DNA from: the human T2T-CHM13v2.0 reference genome, Homo sapiens
Length of the DNA stretch: 64,000 bases
Reading direction: 5' to 3' (one strand)
Assembly: GCF_009914755.1 (NCBI RefSeq)
Contig: NC_060936.1
A program made the position numbers and the translations under genes. The notes under the pieces were generated by a model. The model did no database searches, was not told the origin of the DNA, and saw only the letters and a program-made list of their open reading frames with translations. This document shows, piece after piece, positions 22,435-36,135 of this stretch. How positions within the stretch are numbered: position 1 is the first letter of the stretch; each line of letters starts with the position of its first letter.

Positions 22435-22569
22435 CACGTGTTCTGTGAGGAGTGCCTCTGCCTGTGGCTGGACCGTGAGCGCACCTGCCCGCTCTGCCGC
22501 TCGGTCGCCGTGGACACCCTGCGCTGCTGGAAGGACGGCGCCACGTCCGCACACTTCCAGGTGTACTAG
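22435..22569 (+). CDS. RNFT2: RNFT2 terminal coding exon, second half of C3HC4 RING (HVFCEECLCLWLDRERTCPLCRSVAVDTLRCWKDGATSAHFQVY*)
   Basis: gtccccgcag|CAC acceptor; H-x2-C-x2-C...W...CPLC completes RING; TAG at 22567-22569; locally CpG-rich. Confidence 0.96.
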   Translation, partial: HVFCEECLCLWLDRERTCPLCRSVAVDTLRCWKDGATSAHFQVY

Positions 22570-22812
22570 GACCGAACACTGAGGACACCCAGAAGGACGC
22601 CAAGGGTCAGCATGCCCGGACCCAGCCCTGCGGGGGCTTCCTGAGAAACAGGCCTCAAGCACTTACATCCTGCCTCTTGCCCTCCACCACCTCTGACCCC
22701 AAAGTCCCGCCCCTGTCTTGTCCTTCTGACCTTCATCTTCCTCTCTCGTTCTGTGGTATAGTGCGTGCCTCCTTCCCCTGCAAAAGGGGACGTCTTCCTA
22801 ACTCAGACTTGA

Positions 22813-24068
<1,256 letters not shown>

Positions 24069-24592
24069 CAAAGTATTTTCAAAATACAGTTGTTGGGCCC
24101 CACCATATACCTGTAATGACTTAAGGTCCCAAATACTTCATGCGCAGCAGGCAAAGCATGCAGCATCCTGCTTGGATTACGTGCTGTCATCCTCACAACA
24201 GCCCTGTGATGGGGGAGGTACTGTTGGGTCCCCTGTTTTATAGATGAGGAAACTTGGGCACAGAGCTTGGTGCGGTAACTTTCCCAGGGTCACCCAGCCA
24301 GCATGGGCGGGCCAAGTTTCCAACAGAGGCCTGGTACAGTTTCAGAACCCACATCTAAAAAAAAAAAAATTTATTAGAGATGAGGTTTCTAATAAAAATC
24401 CAGGTTGTCCAGGCTAGATTCAAACTCCTGGGCTCAAGTGATCCTCCCTCCTCAGCCTCCCAAGCAGCTGCAACTACAGGCACACTCCGCTATCCCCAGC
24501 AGAGCCCGCACTCTTAACCTCCGCACTGCTCTGCCCCTCAGACATTCCAGGCATGGGGCCCAGCAGACACGGTCTTCTAAAAGCACACGAGA

Positions 24593-24942
24593 GGCCGGGT
24601 GTGGTGGCCCATGCCTGTAGTGCCAGCATTTTGGGAGGCTGAAGCAGGCGGGTCACCTGAGGTCAAGAGTTCAAGACTAGCCTGGCCAACATGGCAAAAC
24701 CCCCTCTTTACTAAAAAATACAAAAATTAGCCGGGCGCGGTGGCGGGTGCCTGTAATCCCAGCTACTCAGGAGGCTAAGGCAGGGAGAACTGCTTGAACT
24801 CGGGAGGTGAAAGTTGCAGTGAGCCGAGATTGCACCACAGCACTCCAACCTGGGTGACAGAGTGAGTGAGACTCTGTCTAAAAAAAAAAAGAAAGAAAGA
24901 AGGGAGGGAGGGAGGAAGGAAGGAAGGAAGGAAAGAAAGAAA
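24593..24942 (+). mobile_element. Sense Alu in RNFT2 3'UTR with purine-repeat tail
   Basis: ggccgggtgtggtggc...A-tail then (GGAA)n. Confidence 0.93.
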
Positions 24943-25791
24943 GCTCAGCTTTGGCCCAGATGTGGTTACCCCTTGGTCTCCTGTCTTTATGTCTTTCTCC
25001 TCTTCCTATTCTGTCATCTCCCTCACTTAAGTCTCAGGCCTGTCAGCAGCTCCTGTGGACATTGCCATCCCCTCTGGTAGCCTTCAGAGCAAACAGGACA
25101 ACCTATGTTATGGATGTTTCCACCAACCAGGGTAGTGGCATGGAGCACCGTAACCATCTGTGCTTCTGTGATCTCTATGACAGAGCCACTTCTCCACCTC
25201 TGAAATGTTCCCTGCTCTGAAATCTGGCATGAGATGGCACAGGTGACCACGCAGAAGCCACCAGAATCTTGCCTGCCCTATTCCTCCTCCCAAGTCTGTT
25301 CTCTTATTGTCAACCTCAGCACAACAGGCTGGCGCCAATGGCATTACAGAGAAAGCAATCTGTGTGGCTAGTGGGCAGATTACCATGCAAGCCCCAGGAG
25401 AAATGGAGGAGCTTTGTAGCCACCTCCCTGTCAGCCAGTATTAACATGTCCCCTTCCCCCTGCCCCGCCGTAGATTCAGGACATTCGCCCCTGTGTGCCA
25501 CCAAACCAGGACTTTCCCCTTCCCCTTGGCTTGGCATCCCTGGCTCTCTCCTGGTACCCAGCAAGACGTCTGTTCCAGGGCAGTGTAGCATCTTTCAAGC
25601 TCCGTTACTATGGCGATGGCCATGATGTTACAATCCCACTTGCCTGAATAATCAAGTGGGAAGGGGAAGCAGAGGGAAATGGGGCCATGTGAATGCAGCT
25701 GCTCTGTTCTCCCTACCCTGAGGAAAAACCAAAGGGAAGCAACAGGAACTTCTGCAACTGGTTTTTATCGGAAAGATCATCCTGCCTGCAG

Positions 25792-25854
25792 ATGCTGTTG
25801 AAGGGGCACAAGAAATTGGAGCTGGAGAAGATTGATGAAAGTGCAGGTGTGTAA
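25792..25854 (+). CDS. RNFT2: RNFT2 alternative terminal coding segment (MLLKGHKKLELEKIDESAGV*) via distal acceptor
   Basis: cctgcctgcag|ATG, phase 0 compatible with donor 9478; peptide matches my recollection of the shorter RNFT2 isoform C-terminus (not verified). Confidence 0.75.
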   Translation: MLLKGHKKLELEKIDESAGV

Positions 25855-26058
25855 GGAAATAGAACAGTCTGCTGGGAGTCAGACCTGGAATTCTGATTCC
25901 AAACTCTTTATTACTTTGGGAAGTCACTCAGCCTCCCCGTAGCCATCTCCAGGGTGACGGAACCCAGTGTATTACCTGCTGGAACCAAGGAAACTAACAA
26001 TGTAGGTTACTAGTGAATACCCCAATGGTTTCTCCAATTATGCCCATGCCACCAAAAC

Positions 26059-26064
26059 AATAAA
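26059..26064 (+). terminator. AATAAA, possible proximal RNFT2 poly(A) signal
   Basis: Canonical hexamer; downstream element weak. Confidence 0.35.
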
Positions 26065-26749
26065 ACAAAATTCTCTAACACTGCAAAGAGTGAGCCATGC
26101 CTGTTAACACTGTAAAGAATGTAACATGTGGGGGACACACAGGGGCAGATGGGATGGTTTAGTTTAGGATTTTATTAGTGCATGCCCTACCCTCTGGGGG
26201 AACGTCCCATCTGAGGTTTTCTTCTCGGTGGGGGGATTTAACTTCTGTCCTAGGGAAAACAGTGTCTGATGAGGAGTGTTTCCAACACAGGCTACATGAA
26301 TTCCCCTATACCAGTGCGAAAGCAGCCAGGAGTCCCCGTTGGAAAAGAACAATGCCACTCTCTTTTATGTATCTTGGTTCTGCAACTCATTTGTTGTAAG
26401 TAGGGTTAATCGAGTATCAGGTTCACAGTATCCTGCCCTTATTATTTTATGATTCACTGACTCAAGTTCCACGAAGTCCTTAGAAATGGACCTCTTCATG
26501 TAAAATATCTTGAGAATAATAAATGTGAGGGAATAAGAAAGGCAAGCTTTGGACACAGATATGATAGGTGCATCAGCTTCGGAAGAGAAGAATGATGTGC
26601 AGAGTGTTAGGAAGACATCCGGGCTGCTGAGACTCGGGATTAGAAGAAAGAGAGGTAAATAAAGTGGGTCCTGGAATCTTTTAGGACTTCTGCTGTAGGA
26701 CAAACAGCTGCCTTTGGTGTTTTAATGTCTCCCAAAGTACCCTTCAGCC

Positions 26750-26800
26750 AATAAATACCATCTGTTGGTGCAACTTGTGTTTGTGGTCTTGATTTTCCTT
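26750..26800 (+). terminator. RNFT2 main poly(A) signal (AATAAA 26750-26755) with GU/U-rich downstream element
   Basis: AATAAA followed ~20 nt later by cttgtgtttgtggtcttgattttcctt; second AATAAA at 26658-26663. Confidence 0.75.
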
Positions 26801-27464
26801 TCACCTCTTGAAGCCAAGTGCAACTGTCTTAGATCAAAGGAGAAGAAGCCCTTCGCGGAGTGGGTGGTTGTCTTATGTTGGTTTCTCCTAAAGCAGATCC
26901 TGTTCAGGTGCATGTGATTTATTACAGAAGTGCTCCCACGAGAAACCAGTAAGGGAATCATGAGTGAAATAGAACAGGGAAGGGAAAGAAGCCAAGCTCT
27001 GGCGAACTCTCAGTCTTAGCCGGATCCCCCAGGGAGCTCAGGAGCATAAGTTTCATCTCAGAGTTTGTCCCATCCCACAAAATACACACCAATTGATACT
27101 TGGCACTGGGCTGATGGGGGGACTTCCTGCACTTCAGACTCTCCCCTAAGAGGCTCCAAGGGGAAGCCTCTGAAGGCCCCAGATACCAGCAAAGCACACG
27201 AAAGTGCAGGATAGGAATCTGGCAAAAGGGATCAGAAAGGGCCTCTGTGGGGCACTTACAGTGCCCACTACAGGGGCTAACTGGAGGTTTTGCAGACCAA
27301 AAATGTATAGGCTGATTCAAGAAGGGTTTTCCAGGGCGCCAGATTATGATAGATATTTAAATGTAGATTAATAGCACGAGGTGACAGTACATGCCTCTCA
27401 GGGCAACATTATGACACCAGCCATGAAAACATCGCATCAGGCCAAACTTTTGGGTTGCCATCAA

Positions 27465-28869
<1,405 letters not shown>

Positions 28870-29221
28870 TCAAACTCCCATTCTTAGGATGAGACTAGAA
28901 CCCGAGTTGTCCGCAGTTGGAGACATTAATCTGCAGCCTCATTGGCCTGTCCACAGGATACCATGCATAAATTATGGTTGTGTGCACTCACCTCGAACTG
29001 TTGGGCAAGTTTCCCAAACCTGTGGCCCAACCCAAGGGCATTCTTTAGGCCAGTCCTTCCCTTCAGGGTTTGGGCGGGGCGGTGGATCTTAGGAATTAGA
29101 GGAGAGAAGGAAGTGTCTGGCCTTCTGCCCAAGGGAACATTGGGGCAGGCAGGAGCCAGGGGCAGGGATCCTGTCCCTGTTATGCAGCTGGGTACTCCCA
29201 GAGTCTATGAGGGCCAGCCTT

Positions 29222-29280
29222 CCAAAAGGAAATGAAAACACAAATGTCTTTGGCTAGAAGTGCACAATCAGTTTTTTAAT
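29222..29280 (-). terminator. HRK distal poly(A) signal (ATTAAA 29280-29275) with GU/U-rich downstream element
   Basis: Minus strand reads ATTAAA...then acatttgtgttttcatttcctttt about 30 nt downstream; upstream UGUA elements. Confidence 0.7.
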
Positions 29281-30852
29281 AAAGTCATTACAAATATGTA
29301 CAAAGCGTCTCCAAGGTATGAAATTCCTCTTACAAAAGAGCACAACGACGTCAGAACCAACAACGTCAGAACCCAGAACGGAACGTCCCCAAGCTTATTG
29401 CCTCTCTGGCTAGGCCAGAGGCCTCACTAAGGTTCTCCAGATACCCTCCCAGCCGCCCCTGCCACGCACACGGGCTCCTTGGCGCTTATAGTGCAAAGAC
29501 CTTCAGGAGAAGAAACTTGGGAGTTCAGGTTGGAGAAGAGGGTAGAAAGGAGGTAAGAAAAGCTTCCCGTGTCCTAGGAAATAAGTCATACAGGCCCTAT
29601 TTGCAAATTCCTTGCACCTTCCCCGGGGCCTTATAGAAACCAGGAACACAGGGTTAGGGCATGAGTATATAAAATCCACAACGAAACCAACCAGCCTGTC
29701 CTTGAGTGTCCCCAAAGGTGACACTTTTTCCAGTAGACCTAAGTCAGGCCCCGGCTCCCAGTGGGGCCATGTGCTGGCACTCGCCCTGGAACTAGCAGTG
29801 CTGTGGGACGACCTCATGAAGGGACCCAGTGGAGCAGAGCAGTCAGCTCACGAGCGTGGGGGTCCCATGGACTCGAGTCCAAATCTTGGCTCAGGCACTT
29901 CGCTGGTGGTGTGGCCTTCAGCTAAGTTGCTTAACCTCTCTGAGCCTCAGCTTCCTCCACTGTAAAATGGGAATGCTAACAGTACTATCTGCTAAAGTGG
30001 GCATGAGGCATCGCGGAGGGGAAGACGGGTAAAGCACTTCGCCCAGTGCTTGGGAGTGGCGAGCACGCCATAAAAGGTAGCTTTGATTATTGTGTAAAGC
30101 AGCAAGGACCAGTCTGTTCATGCTGGAAATGAGTCGAGATTGCAGGCTTTTTAACTGCCTTTACCAGATAGCAGGGCTCTCAGTAAATACTATATAACAA
30201 TCTGCCAGCAAAGCTTGGGGTCACAGTGGTGACCTGACAAATCTGTTAAACATCGTGAACCAGACTGGAAAGGAACATTTCACATCATCTGCTTCCGAGC
30301 AGGACTGCCCCTCCACCATCCACAAGTCAAGTCTCTTCTGAGATGGAATTCTACAACTGGCACATTGTAGATGCTCAATCAATATATGCTAAATGAATGA
30401 ATGAGAATTTAAAAAATAAACTTTCAGCTTAAGCTTTAAAATGACACTTTGACATCAATTTCCTCCCCTCATGGAACTTCCAGTCAGCTCCATGGGACTA
30501 AGAAGAGTGTCTAGCTGGTCCCCCAAACCCTTAACCAACTTCTGACCTTCAGAAAAGAAATGGGTATTGACACAGAAGAGCAAAATCTGTGTTCTGGTCA
30601 ATGCAACTTGTAATATCAGGTGGACACTCAAAAAGTCCACAATGGTGAGCCACTGTCCCTAAAAGATACTTGTGTAGGAGGTGGGTGGGTGAGGACTCCT
30701 CTAATGCCCCAGGGAGGGAGAGTGATATTTTATCACTGTCAGAAACATAATAATAGGAGAACATGAGATCAGCTACATACATTGTGAAAACCAGTCACAG
30801 TTTCATTTTTCTGTGACAGTATTGGGTAAATCACCCTTTCCTCTCACCATCA

Positions 30853-31401
<549 letters not shown>

Positions 31402-31686
31402 CTACTCAAGCTACACCAATAACAAAGAGAATAGGAAACGGACCCCCAAATTTGAAGAGATTGTATTTGTTTGTGGGAGATCAGGTGGGGGTGAGAAGCT
31501 TCCAGAAAGGACTGGATCTCATTCGGAGTGTTGAAGTCCCGGGGGCTCCAGTCCCAGCGGTTCCTGGCTCCCCACTCTCTGAGAGCAAGCAGCACCATCA
31601 GAAATGAAGAGGCAAAAGTCTCTTCATCTCATTATGCAGCAAGCTACCTAAACGATGATCTCAGAGGCCTCCCTCTGCTTGTACGG

Positions 31687-31687
<1 letters not shown>

Positions 31688-31732
<45 letters not shown>
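31688..31732 (+). repeat. (CA)~22 microsatellite; (UG)n in HRK mRNA
   Basis: Direct inspection. Confidence 0.97.
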
Positions 31733-31735
<3 letters not shown>

Positions 31736-32952
31736 TGTCTGCTGAAACCCGATATGAGGTCTTTTTTAAAATTTATTTCAAAGCCTCCCTCCCTTTCTCT
31801 CTCTCTCTCTTCACAGACGCTCTGCAGTGAAGCTAATCAAAATCAATGACTCCTTGGCAGCCAGAGAAAAGTGGGGGAGCGGTGGAGGAGAGGGAGGGAT
31901 GTTGCCAGCACTTTGCACACTGTGGAAATATTTTTTAAAAACAAGAACCACCCCACTATCTCATGCAATCCAAGTAATACAACAGGAGAGATGGTGGAGA
32001 CAATATATACATATATATCATGCTTCAATTTCCTAATACAAATGTCCATCAAGAAGTCAAATCTCATATAAAAACAAGCATTAAAAACAACCCCGTGTCA
32101 AAAATCGGGGCAGTCGAGAAGTGCACTCCAATGAATGATGTGCAAGGAAAGGTCAGGATTCGATAAATACGTGGTCTCTAATAAAACAGGAGAATATCTA
32201 CAAGGGACTTGGCTGAGAAGCTCTATCAGGAGGTCGTGGGTGCCCCAGTTCTCTCAGCAAAGTGGCTTCATTGAAATCAAAATCACCCAAAATGCCAACC
32301 CCAGCGTTTGGAGTTTGTATCCTCCAGGGGAAACATCAAAAGCCAGTAGGCAAGTCGGGGCTGAAAAAGGGATCCTCTCACCTTTCATCTTCTCCTGTGT
32401 CTACAGGTGGTCAGCATGCCCCCACTACGATCTTGAAGGTACAGCCTTAAAGAAGCAGAGAACTGTGATTGGATACAGCTGTGTAGTAATGGACGCCCCT
32501 CCCCAGAAAATGGGGGGAGCTGGAAAGACCCTAGTCTGTGGCTAAGAAAGTGATTAAATAGAAGCAGTGACTGTATTTCATATTATTCTAATGAATTTGC
32601 CTTCTCTAAGTTCGTAGCTTTGTGGGAATATTACCCACTGCTCTCTGCAGTCCCCAGCTAAGCGAGGGTCCCCTGCAAACATCAGCTAGGGGGAGGGCAC
32701 GAGTAATGAGGAGAAACACGTTCTCCCAAAATAAGCATTATTCTTCTTTTTTTTTTTTTTTGGTTTGCTGAGTTCAAAGCTGCGGGGTGGGGGAGTCTTC
32801 CCTGGCATTCAGCAGCCCTGGGGTTGCATTTCTCTTTAAAGGGCTATTTAGGAAAACACAAGGAACGGATTTTAAAAAGAAGACAGAAAGAAATCCAGCT
32901 CCCAGCTTGCAGCAGCACTGAGAGGTTGTACATTCTAAAGGACCTGGTCATT

Positions 32953-33123
32953 TACAGCAAAGCCTATGGAGGGATAATTCCCATTTCAGCCGCATCCACC
33001 TTAACAAATGTGGATCCCACTGCTGGCTTCTTAGAACTGTACAGCAAAGCCTGTGGGGGGATAATTCCCATTTCAGCCGCATCCACCTTAAACGTGGATC
33101 CCACTGCTGGCGTCTTAGAACTG
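32953..33123 (+). repeat. Two-copy tandem duplication, 87 + 84 nt
   Basis: tacagcaaagcc...cttagaactg repeated with few substitutions and a 3-nt indel. Confidence 0.95.
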
Positions 33124-34330
33124 GAGCGGTGTCTGCTAACCAGCCTGCTGGACCCTCTGTCTATAGGTACCGGGTGGTGACCTGCAAATCCAGCCTTGGA
33201 GAATGACCGTCCGAATCTGCAGCCTGACACCTCGCCACCTCGGCTTTGAAAATGGCAGTGTGTGGTATCCTGCACAGAGGAAGAATACCTGCTTATGTTG
33301 GATTTTTCGAAAATGAAAGCAAAAAATAATCACTGCTCCCTGAAGAGTCTTTGCAGCCAAGTCTCCGTCCAGCACACATCTTTTTTTAGCCCTTCTAGAA
33401 ACTTCTGAAAATAGTAGCTTATCCTTGGGGGGAAAAAAATCAGACCTCTGTCAATCAGTGAGATGCTGGTGCATTTCATTTAAATGGCCCACTCCCTCCC
33501 ACAACATCCCCCGGTTATAAATCATCTTTGAACAGAATGTAGCCATTTCTTGGCTCTTTAATCCATAAAACCTAAACCCTGAAATCCCCTTGGGGAGTGG
33601 AGGAGGCTGTGGGCTGAACTCCGAGGACACTTTTGTGGGGGTGGGGGAGATAGCAACCAAGTCATGCATGAGGTCAGCTTTCTGCCTCATAACCAGCAAG
33701 CCTCTCAATGCCATCCTCCCTCCTAGACCCCAAGGTTTGCTCCAAACCACCTCTGGATATTCGTCCCCAGGTAGAAGAAGAGAAGAGACTCTCAAGTGGC
33801 ACTTTTGCAACTTGTCCCTTAAAAAAAAAAAAAAAGAATCTGAAACAGCAAAATAGAAATCTCTCTTGTCCCCTGGCCTTCCAAGTCTGTCAACAGAATA
33901 CCACAGCAGCACCAGCAGGAACGCACTTAGCACCAGCAAAATTTTAAGTGAAGCACCAGAGACACAAAAATCCCATTTCTCTTGACGTGACAGTGGGATC
34001 TAGCGATCGACCTAGGTAAGTACAGAGGGAGAGGCTAGGACGAGTCAAGAAATGGAGGCATCCCAGACTGCCCCTACACAATCGGTCCCAAGTCCTCACT
34101 TTTTTTTTCTATCATGCCTTTTGCACTGTTACCTCTTATTCCACCAGCATCTATCCCCAGGCAGTTGGCCGATGCTGGGGCTAATTCCCACCAGTCTTTG
34201 CAAATAGTTTCTAAGTACACAGCAGGCATCTCTCTTCTGGCGCCCCAGACATTACAGAATATCAAAGTTCACATCGCAAGGTGCAGAAAAGGAAGGCAAC
34301 CACGTCCTCAACAAGGCATGCACTGATACG

Positions 34331-34356
34331 TAATATTCATATTTTCTTTTTTTATA
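34331..34356 (-). terminator. HRK proximal poly(A) site (variant TATAAA 34356-34351, cleavage ~34331)
   Basis: Variant hexamer ~20 nt before the point where I recall the short HRK cDNA ending (...aatatgaatatt); adjacent A-run makes internal priming an alternative. Confidence 0.55.
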
Positions 34357-34469
34357 TATATAGAGCTGTATGTAAATAGCATTGGGGTGTCTGTTTCTGC
34401 AGCTGGATTTCCAAAGGGCTTCCCCAGTCCCATTCTGTGTTTCTACGATCGCTCCAGGCGCTGTCTTTA

Positions 34470-34694
<225 letters not shown>

Positions 34695-35371
34695 CTACTG
34701 GATGCAAAGCTCTGGTTTTGGAGGAAGGATGCCTCAAAAGCTAGTCTTGGCACTCTTCCCCTTACCAGAATCTCTGTCTATGTAGCAGCCTTCCCCAAAT
34801 AGACATTTGTGCGTGCACACACACTCCCCTCTCTGCTTTTAGACCTAGATATTTACATAGGCATCTTCAGAGATGTTTTTAAAAAGAAGAATCTAGAGAC
34901 ACATGAACTTTTTGCTTCTCCAAATTCAGAACAGGACCTTCCTCGATTCATTTCATAGACCCAGATTCAAGAGAGAGTTGTAGGGCAGTCTCTGTTCTCT
35001 TTTGTTTGTTTGTTCGTTCATTCATCCATTCACTTATTCCCAAGTATGCCAAGTGCCATACTAGGGGCTACAGGTTCAATGACGTAATTCTTGCCCCTTG
35101 AGGGGCTCAGAACCAACAGGGAGATGGGAAGAAGTGGATAATGACAGTCCCATGTAAAGAGCACATGCAGTCTGGGGAAACGTGGTCTATAGGAGCCCAG
35201 GGGAGGCAGCTCATAAGGGAGACAAAGCAGACTCCTCAGAGAGAGTGGCAGGCCCCTGCTGACTATTGAAGAGTGCCAGGAAACTAACCAGGATAAGAAA
35301 ATGAGGCATCCTAGGCAGGGCAGAAAAAACAGCCCATACCCAGGAGCATCCACCACAGAATGCACAAAATG

Positions 35372-35808
35372 TGTGCACAAATGCTCATGGCAGAATTATC
35401 CATAATAGCAAAATACGGAAACAACCCAAATGTCCATCAACTGATGAATAAACAAAATGTGGTCTTTCCATACAATGGACTATTAGTCAGCCATCAAAAA
35501 GGAATGAAGTATTGATACGTGAAGATGGATGAACCTTGAAGGCATCATGCTAAGTCAAAGAAGCCAGACACAAAAGGACACATATTGTGTGATTCCATTT
35601 ATATGAAATGTCCACAACAGGCAGATCTTCTGGGACAGAAAGGAGAATGGTGGTTGCCTAGGGCCGGGGCGGATAGGAGGAATTGGGGAGTGATACTCAT
35701 GCGCATGGGGTTTCTTTCAGGGAAACGAAAATTTTCCAAAGTTGACTGTGAAGATGGCTGCAAAATTCTATGTATACTCCTCATCATTGACTTGTACACC
35801 TTAAAAAG
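35372..35808 (+). mobile_element. L1M 3' fragment
   Basis: aacaacccaaatgtccatcaactgatgaat...aaaaggaatgaagt...gattccatttatatgaaatgtcca. Confidence 0.85.
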
Positions 35809-36000
35809 GTAGGGTTTTTTGTTTGTTTGTTTGTTTGTTTGTTTTTGAGACAAGGTCTCGTTCTGTTGCCCAGGCTGGAGTGCAGTGGTACGATCTCAGC
35901 TCACTGCAACCTCTGCCTCCTGGGTTCAAGCAACCTCTGCCTCCTGCCTCAGCCTCCCAAGTAGCTGGGACTACAGGTGCATGCCATCATGCCCGGCTAA

Positions 36001-36135
<135 letters not shown>

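Noticed and set aside
32953-33123. Repeat with internal palindrome resembling a CRISPR unit
   Set aside because: Only two adjacent copies, no spacers, eukaryotic context
32824-33180. 118-aa ORF with repeated YSKAxGGIIPISAASTL
   Set aside because: By-product of the 87/84-nt duplication on the non-coding strand; TTG start
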